DNA of 32,000 nucleotides, from contig SHMX01000001.1 in NCBI GenBank assembly GCA_008080745.1, forward strand, positions 540,001 to 572,000, written 5' to 3'. A program made the position numbers and the translations under genes. Shown here piece by piece: positions 15,984 to 23,624 of the stretch. The notes below the pieces were generated by a model. The model saw nothing but the letters and a program-made list of their open reading frames with translations, ran no database searches and had not been told where the DNA came from. The stretch's first letter is position 1. Each line of letters opens with the position of its first letter. The DNA comes from Candidatus Thorarchaeota archaeon (lineage in GTDB: Archaea > Asgardarchaeota > Thorarchaeia > Thorarchaeales > Thorarchaeaceae).

Positions 15984-17342
15984 TTATATCTTGTAGTAAC
16001 GGAAACCTAAATCCAGTCCATTTGTGTGATGGTTTCTTGTATGCAGAGTCATCACCCGTTTGATACGTTCTGTTCCAACATCAGCGATAGAATGTAATAT
16101 GGCAGAGTCATCAAGTTCAATGGGTTCCTTCAGAGGTTCGTTTTGTTGAACCATTATGAATCGTCGAAGTCCACCATCTTCAATATTCATCTCTAAAACC
16201 GACTCAGCAGTAGTACACGAACCGGCAAAGAAATCGAGAACATAGTACTCCCTACTCGTATCAGTAGTAAATGATAATATGCGATTGATTAGTTCCACAG
16301 GTTTAGGATTATCGAACACCTTTTTCCCAAAGAGTTTACGGAGATGATGCCAACCACTGGAGCGAATATCATCCCATAGATCATTGCCCAGTATACTATC
16401 ACTTGGAGGAACATAATGTTGAGGAGTTCCTCGAGAGGATAATCTCAGTAGGTCAATCTCATCACCATTTTCGGTTTTATCAAGATACCAGTTATCGATT
16501 TGCTCTTGTGTAATATCTTCTGAACTGACTCCAAGTTCTTCTAGCATCATCTGATAGTTTTCAACAGCCTTATCGCTACGTTTCTTACTCCACCGCCACT
16601 GTCCCCTCTCAGGGACAATGCCAAATAGTTCATATCGCATAGTAGGACGATTAGTGCCACGCCAGTGATTATTCCAAGTTCCTGGTTTTGGTTCTTCACG
16701 AGGAAGTTGCAGTTTTGTAAAGCGCTTCTCCGGATTTTTTGAATAGAGTAGAACATATTCATGACCTACTGTAAGAGCGTCTACAGTATCGAATTGTGCT
16801 TGAACACTTTTGGCTCCCCTTCTAATTACGATAGAGTTCTTGAAACAATTCTCACCAAAAACCAAATTCATCAATATTCGAAGATGATGTACTTCATTAT
16901 CATCGATACTTACACAAATTACCCCTTCAGAAGATAGAAGTCTTCGAGCAAGAATCATACGAGGGTACATCATTGATAACCAAGCTGCATGATACCTTCC
17001 ATCGGTTTCAGGATTCTCATTAGATTCTAAGTCAACAGATTCTTGACCCGTTAGTGAGAGATAATCATCCACCGAAACCGCATACTTATCATGGTACACA
17101 AAGTCATTTCCAGTGTTGTATGGTGGATCAATATAGATTACATCAACTCGTTCAGTGAATTCCCCTAAAAGTAGCTTGAGGGCATCCAAGTTATCGCCCT
17201 CAATGAAAATATTTCCTGTTGTTTCAGCATTAATTGATTTTTCAGGAATAAACTTCATTCTCTTCTCAGTAGGTGTGGATGATACTTGTTCTGCTTCTCT
17301 CTTTCCAGCCCAAGAGAAACTGTAAATCTCCTCGCGTTTCAT
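15984..17342 (-). CDS. Site-specific DNA adenine methyltransferase, Type III R-M Mod-like (beta class), orphan
   Basis: 'YSFSWAGK', 'NIFIEGDNLDALKLL', motif IV 'IYIDPPYNTG' before motif I 'VLDFFAGSCTT', C-terminal 'DLGFRYYKI'. Likely start ATG 17342 (ORF track: TTG 17363). Confidence 0.92.
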   Translation of the reverse strand: MKREEIYSFSWAGKREAEQVSSTPTEKRMKFIPEKSINAETTGNIFIEGDNLDALKLLLGEFTERVDVIYIDPPYNTGNDFVYHDKYAVSVDDYLSLTGQESVDLESNENPETDGRYHAAWLSMMYPRMILARRLLSSEGVICVSIDDNEVHHLRILMNLVFGENCFKNSIVIRRGAKSVQAQFDTVDALTVGHEYVLLYSKNPEKRFTKLQLPREEPKPGTWNNHWRGTNRPTMRYELFGIVPERGQWRWSKKRSDKAVENYQMMLEELGVSSEDITQEQIDNWYLDKTENGDEIDLLRLSSRGTPQHYVPPSDSILGNDLWDDIRSSGWHHLRKLFGKKVFDNPKPVELINRILSFTTDTSREYYVLDFFAGSCTTAESVLEMNIEDGGLRRFIMVQQNEPLKEPIELDDSAILHSIADVGTERIKRVMTLHTRNHHTNGLDLGFRYYKI

Positions 17343-17504
17343 AACTTTGCACTTCAATCTCAAGTGTTTTCAGATACACAATTATACTACGTAGTGCTAC
17401 GATGCCGTGGTAAAAAGAGTTCGCAATCTCAAATTGCACTAGGATTAGAACCAGTGGTGTTAATGATAGAGATTCTGCAAGTTGCTTATTCGTTGTACTC
17501 AGTC

Positions 17505-17783
17505 TCACTGAGTTTCTCTTCTACGTGACTCTTGACGAATTTGGACCTTGCCAGAATGTACTGCACAACTAACGCAGTAATATGCGGTCAATCTCTTTCT
17601 GTGGATGTATGACCCCTCTTTCCGAAGCTCTCTTGCTAGTTGAGGATCAACCACAGAACTATATTTTGTGTATTTCTTTGCTTTATCTGCAGGAACCATT
17701 CGACCACATCGGGTACACTGAACTGTTCCCTTGTTACCGGATTTGCCCTTTGAACGGCCACCGGATTTTCTCTTTTTTGTCAC
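17505..17783 (-). CDS. rps26e: 30S ribosomal protein S26e (eS26)
   Basis: 'MTKKRKSGGRSKG...VQCTRCGRMVPADKAKK...YCVSCAVH'. GTG start with GGTGAT 8 nt upstream. Confidence 0.97.
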   Translation of the reverse strand: MTKKRKSGGRSKGKSGNKGTVQCTRCGRMVPADKAKKYTKYSSVVDPQLARELRKEGSYIHRKRLTAYYCVSCAVHSGKVQIRQESRRRETQ

Positions 17784-17954
17784 TGGATTGTATCACCACG
17801 GCATTTCTAAGAACGCCAGCCATCTCGAATCTCATTTCCTTAAATGCTTGTGGCTTAAGCCCATCATCTGGACATGAATAAAAAGGCTAAGAGATTTGGG
17901 TGAAACTTTGGGATTTCTTTATTATTGGATTCATAATGGAATGCATGTGATGAT

Positions 17955-19322
17955 ATGAAAAGCATGCCGCTTCTTCTAAGTGTGATATCTTTACTTTTGG
18001 TTTCAACTGTTTGTGGATCAAGCTTTGAGAGCCCGATTGTTCCAGATACAAATGCCCTAATAGCTCAGACTACAGCCTATACTGTGATGGACACTGGCCA
18101 AACGAATTGTTACAATAATATGCAAGAGATTTCTTTTCCCAGTGAAGAAGAAGCATTCTATGGTCAAGATGCTCAATATGAAACAAGAGTAATGAACTAT
18201 CAAGATAATGACGATGGAACTGTAACAGATCTGAATACGGGATTAATGTGGCAGAAATCGGTCAGTGAGAAAGTTGTATTTGATGATGCTGTTGCAAATG
18301 CGTATACTTTCAATCTGGCGGGATATACAGACTGGCGGCTACCTACCATTAAAGAGCTCTTTTCTTTGATTGATTTTAATGGAAAGACGGGAATGTCTGC
18401 AGCTGACTCGATTCCGTATATCAACACAGATTATTTTGACTTCGAATATGGTGACGAGTCAAATGGAGAGAGATATATCGACGCTCAATGGTGTTCCAGT
18501 ACCGAGTATGTCAGCACTACTATGGAGGGAGACCATACTGTGTTTGGGGTCAACTTTGCAGATGGCAGAATCAAGGGATATGGGACAGAGATGCCAGGAG
18601 GAGAAGAAAAGAAATTCTTTGTTCGTTATGTCCGAGAAAATCCCCAGTATGGAATCAACGAGTTCACTGATAATGCAGATGGTACCATCTCAGATCAAGC
18701 AACGGGTCTGATGTGGTCAAGGAATGATAGTGGAGATGGGATGAACTGGGAGGAGGCTCTTCTCTATGCTCAACGGATGAATGATGAAAATTACCTTGGT
18801 TATGATGACTGGAGGATACCAGATGCAAAAGAACTTCAAAGTATTGTGGATTATACGAAATCACCTGATACAACGGACTCGGCAGCCATCGATCATATGT
18901 TCAATTGTACGCCCATAATAGATGAGGGAGGTAGTAAGAATTATGCGTTCTACTGGACCAGTACTACGCATCTAGATGGTCCTGATGCAAGTGGTGCAGT
19001 CTACATAGCATTTGGAGAGGCATTAGGCTGGATGGAAGTCGGTGGAGAATATGTCCTCTATGATGTCCATGGGGCAGGAGCTCAGCGTAGTGACCCGAAG
19101 ACAGGGGATGCCTCAGACTATCCACATGGATTTGGACCACAGGGAGATGTAAGAAGAATTGATAATTTTATCAGACTGGTTAGAGGTGGAACTTATCAAG
19201 AATTGACCGAGAAACGAACCTCTGATACCATCGATCTGAATACAATTCTCTTGGTAACAGTTCCTGTAAGTTTGGTGTCAATTGGAACAATATCCTACTA
19301 TTTGAAACGAAAAAAGGAATAG
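17955..19322 (+). CDS. Secreted, C-terminally anchored DUF1566 (Lcl-type) tandem-domain protein
   Basis: Signal peptide; 'GQDAQY'; two copies of 'DN.DGT(V/I).D..TGLMW...WR(L/I)P..KEL.S'; C-terminal TM + KRKKE. Confidence 0.88.
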   Translation: MKSMPLLLSVISLLLVSTVCGSSFESPIVPDTNALIAQTTAYTVMDTGQTNCYNNMQEISFPSEEEAFYGQDAQYETRVMNYQDNDDGTVTDLNTGLMWQKSVSEKVVFDDAVANAYTFNLAGYTDWRLPTIKELFSLIDFNGKTGMSAADSIPYINTDYFDFEYGDESNGERYIDAQWCSSTEYVSTTMEGDHTVFGVNFADGRIKGYGTEMPGGEEKKFFVRYVRENPQYGINEFTDNADGTISDQATGLMWSRNDSGDGMNWEEALLYAQRMNDENYLGYDDWRIPDAKELQSIVDYTKSPDTTDSAAIDHMFNCTPIIDEGGSKNYAFYWTSTTHLDGPDASGAVYIAFGEALGWMEVGGEYVLYDVHGAGAQRSDPKTGDASDYPHGFGPQGDVRRIDNFIRLVRGGTYQELTEKRTSDTIDLNTILLVTVPVSLVSIGTISYYLKRKKE

Positions 19323-19463
19323 CCTGAATTAGGAAATACTCTAAACAGAAGAAATTTTCACATGGATAGGCATCATTCTCGAAGAATTTGATGGATTAGC
19401 TGCGTTAAATAAAAGGAATATTAGCAACTACGTATTTTCTTAGAGAAATCCATTGAGGGAATT

Positions 19464-20345
19464 ATGAAAGTGGAATTCTTTATTTCAGGTCGTATAATAG
19501 ACAACATATTAGATGTTTCCACAAAGTTCAATCCAATAGACAACGCACCAGAATTTGTGCTAAAACCATTGGACTACCTTATTGGTTTCATAAGGCAGAA
19601 GAAGCCAGAAGATGTGGAAAGTTTTGTAGACGGTCTCATGCAGATATATGATGTAAAGGTAAAATCAGACTATTTCGCAGAGAAAGGAATAGAACTGCAA
19701 CCACTCTTGATTGAATACAAGAATATTGTGTACCATCCAGACCTGTCTAGATTGGCCTTGAACTATTACATTCAAGTTCTCAAGGTGTCAAAGGAAAAGG
19801 ACTGGTATAGTGATGTAGATATCGTTTGGAGAGGTTTTCACTACGCAATCCTACATCCACACTATTACAATCTTCAGACTCTAATCGAAGTGATGGGGCG
19901 AGAAGAAGCAGTCAAGCTCTGGAAGATGTTCGTGACAAATTACAGAATTGATAACAGAAGCCCACCAGAACCGCCCTTTGTGGAACTTAAAACACTCTAC
20001 GAAGAGAGACGTAAAGAGAAAGAAGATGGAAGCTGGAAGGTCATCCATACGATGCTCGCAGATGGAAAATACGCCTATCTGAATGTCAACTGCACATGGA
20101 TGAGAGCTCTTGAGGACCTTCCTGATGATGAGATAAAATACTACATCTGTTGTTATGGTGATTATGAGGATGCCAGAAACTTTCACAACAATATCATTCT
20201 GACAATGGAACACACTCTTGCTCAAGGAGACCGCTATTGCTCACGAGTAATGCATGACACAAGAGTTGACTATGATCTTCAACATCCACCAATAGAATTC
20301 TGGGATGAGTTGTATTTATTGAAAGATGCTGAATCTAACGAATGA
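19464..20345 (+). CDS. L-2-amino-thiazoline-4-carboxylic acid hydrolase-like (ATC_hydrolase) domain protein
   Basis: C-terminal pattern 'NCTW...YYICCYGDY....F...I.LTMEHTLAQGDRYC'. The family name does not establish the activity. Confidence 0.7.
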   Translation: MKVEFFISGRIIDNILDVSTKFNPIDNAPEFVLKPLDYLIGFIRQKKPEDVESFVDGLMQIYDVKVKSDYFAEKGIELQPLLIEYKNIVYHPDLSRLALNYYIQVLKVSKEKDWYSDVDIVWRGFHYAILHPHYYNLQTLIEVMGREEAVKLWKMFVTNYRIDNRSPPEPPFVELKTLYEERRKEKEDGSWKVIHTMLADGKYAYLNVNCTWMRALEDLPDDEIKYYICCYGDYEDARNFHNNIILTMEHTLAQGDRYCSRVMHDTRVDYDLQHPPIEFWDELYLLKDAESNE

Positions 20346-20383
20346 AATTCAACTGATATGACTTGTAGGAAGAAAGATGAATG

Positions 20384-20415
20384 GATATGGTCAAACTCAA
20401 AAAATTGACCATATC
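20384..20415. terminator. Perfect 11-bp inverted repeat between convergent genes
   Basis: GATATGGTCAA-N10-TTGACCATATC, lying between the stops at 20345 (+) and 20439 (-). Confidence 0.5.
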
Positions 20416-20438
20416 ACAATCGAAACGATTTTTGATTT

Positions 20439-20999
20439 TTAGCCACTAGTAGGTACGGTGAACGTGCGATTTACCGGACTAAGATTCAGGTCAACAACAG
20501 GTTCATCGAATCCAGGGGGTGTTACTCGTATAGTAATGGTGATGGTAAGATGAAACTCGCCACCAGCGTCAAGCCCTTCCTCTGGTCCAAGTAGTGTGGT
20601 AACTTCATGTTCTCCAGTTCCTTGACTTCCAGGTGTTAGGGTAAAGGTAATCGAGTTGTTTGAGGGGGTGGTAAGATTGAAGAAGATAGAGATCTCTACT
20701 AGAGCCGCACTACTTGAGTCTGGACTATCAACTTGGGTCCGTGCAGTATTTCGTTCAATCATATAGGAATATGGATTCATCGACTCAACATCAATTTGTA
20801 CTCCACTCATGCCAGCAGTAAAAGAGGGTATTTGTAAAACACCAAATTCAGACAGGCTTACTGCAGTGGTGCCACCAATGTTCAGACCAATATTGACCTT
20901 GGCAACATTCACCTCGGTTCCGTATAGCGCAACTGGCACTAGAGCCAATGCACCAATGATTACAATTAGGACAATTCCAGCTTTTGCTTTACTCATCAT
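20439..20999 (-). CDS. Hypothetical N-terminally membrane-anchored/secreted beta-rich protein
   Basis: 186-aa ORF; basic N-terminus + hydrophobic helix; beta-strand-like alternation afterwards. Confidence 0.7.
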   Translation of the reverse strand: MMSKAKAGIVLIVIIGALALVPVALYGTEVNVAKVNIGLNIGGTTAVSLSEFGVLQIPSFTAGMSGVQIDVESMNPYSYMIERNTARTQVDSPDSSSAALVEISIFFNLTTPSNNSITFTLTPGSQGTGEHEVTTLLGPEEGLDAGGEFHLTITITIRVTPPGFDEPVVDLNLSPVNRTFTVPTSG

Positions 21000-21086
21000 A
21001 TCACAATCTAAATAGTATGTGAGTAAACTATATTTAATTGTCTTATTAAGAGTTCTTGTAAAGCGAGATTGCTTGGTGACAGCACC

Positions 21087-21574
21087 TCATGAACGCGCAT
21101 ATATTGCTGTAGAGTAAAGAATAATGTTACTCACCACAAAGAAGGACAGGAACACAGATACTGTCAAGAATTCAAGAGGGCCCATCATTACCTGCAAATA
21201 GGCAATGGCAGACGCCCACATCAGTGCGTTGGCAATGATAGTAGCACCAAGTTTCTCATTGATGATTCCAAGTTTCTGTACAGAAGACGAGTAAGCTGCC
21301 ATCTTGCTCATGAGTGCATATGCGTCTTTCCCAATATTTGATAGACGATATATATCATCTTCATGTATTAAAAGTGGAGAGAGTGTATTGAGATGGTATG
21401 ATAGAGATGCGCTTTCTTCAATATTTGTTGCTCTCTAATCTCACTGAACTTGGCTTCTTTAGATTCACCAATGAAACGAAGGATATCACGACGGACTTGA
21501 TGGCTAAGTGTCTTGAATACTTCAGATTCCAAATCGGTAGATGTTTCGTTATCGGTAGACAATTTCGTTCCCAT
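21087..21574 (-). pseudogene. ArsR-like winged-HTH + 2-TM protein split by a 1-nt frameshift at ~21433
   Basis: 'VFKTLSHQVRRDILRFIGE..EAKFSEI' continues in the shifted frame as 'ATNIEESASLSYHLNTLSPLLIHEDDIYRLSNIGKDAY', which joins ORF 21087..21311. The span is 488 nt, one short of 163 codons. Confidence 0.8.
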
Positions 21575-21815
21575 TATATCATTGAATCATGTGATTATAA
21601 TATGCTCAGTTAAAAGAAGTTTAGTAAAATATTCTTTACCAAGAAAGATACAAAGTCACACGTGCCTAAACACACTTGATGAAGAGGAGATTTGAAGGTC
21701 TAAGGAAATTATTGTCCAAATCAATTATGTAGAATATTCCATTCAATGAATTAATTGTACATAACTCTAAATTGTTCTACGATTTTAGTATCTATGAGAA
21801 CAGGAGGCGATTTCA

Positions 21816-22475
21816 TTGGCAAACTGTGATGGATGTGGAGCAGATATTGAACCTCATACAAGTGAATGTCCGTACTGTGGACATACAATTTCAACTACAA
21901 AATCTGATGACAAAACTTTCGGGGTAGTAAGAGGGGACGGGGATACAACCCCCGCAACCCATGTTCGTTTTGGAGACGGAGACATAGGCAGACGACCGAG
22001 CTCAAGTGGTATCCGAGCATCCTACAGGTCTGGAGAGGGAATAGTATCCACAGTGAAGAAAATAGAACACCTAGACCAGACGCTAACAAGAGGACAAGAC
22101 TCACTAGAACGGGGAAAAGAAAAAGACGCAGGTGTAAAAATGGTTGAAGCCTTCGCAACACTCAGCGATCTAATTAGCACATATCAAAAGATGATTTCCC
22201 AAGAGGCGCATCTCAGTACTAAAGATAACGAGAGATTATCAGCAAAAGAGGAACGAATCAGACCCCAAGTACAATCCCTTATTGAAATATGTGAACGATT
22301 GGACTCGAAGACCATGAAAAGAATGAAGATCTCTCAAACGGAGATTCGAAGGATACATTCTACTGCAAAACAGTTTCTAGAGCTCTCAAGTAGACGAGCA
22401 GGAATATGTTCGACCTGTGGGGCGAAAAATCCATCTAAAAAGAGAACCTGCCAGAGATGTGGAGCGCCAATGTAA
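21816..22475 (+). CDS. Protein with N- and C-terminal Zn ribbons, helical core and a baseplate-like peptide
   Basis: CDGC...CPYC and CSTC...CQRC; internal 'VRFGDGDIGRRPSSSGIRASYRSGEG'. Confidence 0.75.
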   Translation: MANCDGCGADIEPHTSECPYCGHTISTTKSDDKTFGVVRGDGDTTPATHVRFGDGDIGRRPSSSGIRASYRSGEGIVSTVKKIEHLDQTLTRGQDSLERGKEKDAGVKMVEAFATLSDLISTYQKMISQEAHLSTKDNERLSAKEERIRPQVQSLIEICERLDSKTMKRMKISQTEIRRIHSTAKQFLELSSRRAGICSTCGAKNPSKKRTCQRCGAPM

Positions 22476-22615
22476 CTATTCTCAAAGGGAATTGTAAAAC
22501 AAAGGAAGTACTTAGAGGATGTCTGATTACAATAATTAGCAAATGCAAGACTAATCTTGCTTAGAAATTATAGTTGAAGTGGTAACAAAAGAAAAATAAT
22601 CCAAGTGAATCCAGA

Positions 22616-23443
22616 ATGAAAGAGTGGATTGAAAGGAAAAAATTAGGTGTCTTTGTTTTACTTGCTTATGGAATAACATGGATTCTCGCACTACCACTTA
22701 TCCTTTCACATCTTGGAATTATTAGTATAGCAATACCGTACTCAATACACTACCTTCTCCCATTCGGTCCTCTGCTTGCCGCATTGATTGCCACGATACT
22801 AGAAGACGGAACTGAAAGAGTGAAGGGTCTTCTTCACCGAATGGTGAAATGGAAGATTAGACCGTTGTGGATTGGCATAACACTATTCTCGGTATGGATG
22901 ATGTATATTGGTTCAGGATTGATAATTGTAGCAATAGGAAATCCATGGCCGGACATAAACACATTTGGACAGATGCAATATTTGCCGTATCTGAATGTAA
23001 TCGTTGCATGGCTCCTCTGGATAGGCACCTATGGCTTAGGAGAGGAAACAGGTTGGAGAGGATTTCTATTACCTTATCTCCAATCAAAATACAATGCTTT
23101 GACCTCAAGTCTGTTTCTAGCCTTGATATGGGCTGGATGGCACCTCCCCATGTTTTTGTATCATGAGAACTTCATAATGATGGGGCCTGTAGGAACTATA
23201 TTTTGGGTGATTGGATTGGTATTTGGCTCAGTGTTATTGACGTCATTGTACAACAATACAGAAGGGAGTATCCTCTTGGTTGCAATCTGGCACGGAACTT
23301 ACAATCTGTTTACCGCAGCAGTAGGAGAAACAGCTGACCTCACAGCAGGGATCATAACAATGTTTGTAATGGTTTTCGTGATAGCAATAATCCGAAGATT
23401 TGGATCAGAAAATCTATCCAAATATGAAAGAGTGTCACAATGA
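22616..23443 (+). CDS. CPBP (Abi/CAAX-like) family intramembrane metalloprotease
   Basis: Multi-TM; motifs 'EETGWRG', 'WAGWHLP', 'WHGTYN'. Confidence 0.92.
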   Translation: MKEWIERKKLGVFVLLAYGITWILALPLILSHLGIISIAIPYSIHYLLPFGPLLAALIATILEDGTERVKGLLHRMVKWKIRPLWIGITLFSVWMMYIGSGLIIVAIGNPWPDINTFGQMQYLPYLNVIVAWLLWIGTYGLGEETGWRGFLLPYLQSKYNALTSSLFLALIWAGWHLPMFLYHENFIMMGPVGTIFWVIGLVFGSVLLTSLYNNTEGSILLVAIWHGTYNLFTAAVGETADLTAGIITMFVMVFVIAIIRRFGSENLSKYERVSQ

Positions 23444-23624
23444 TGAGTACCAATCGCAGTACAAGACGTATTTTTCAAGGAGTTTTCAATATAAGCAGGG
23501 AACAATGATCAATAAGATAAATCATTTACCAGACATCATTGTAAACAGACTTTGTAGAACAACAAATGAACAAAGAAATCAAGGATTATTATCTGAGGAG
23601 GGTTATCAAAAAAGTGGCAGGATG

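Noticed and set aside
19351-19359. GAAATTTTC as a fifth repeat copy
   Set aside because: Only 9 AT-rich nt match and the flanks do not align.
20439-20999. Class III (pilin/archaellin) signal peptide
   Set aside because: KAKAG-IVL does not fit the [KR][GA]-hydrophobic cleavage pattern, and no pilus genes are nearby.
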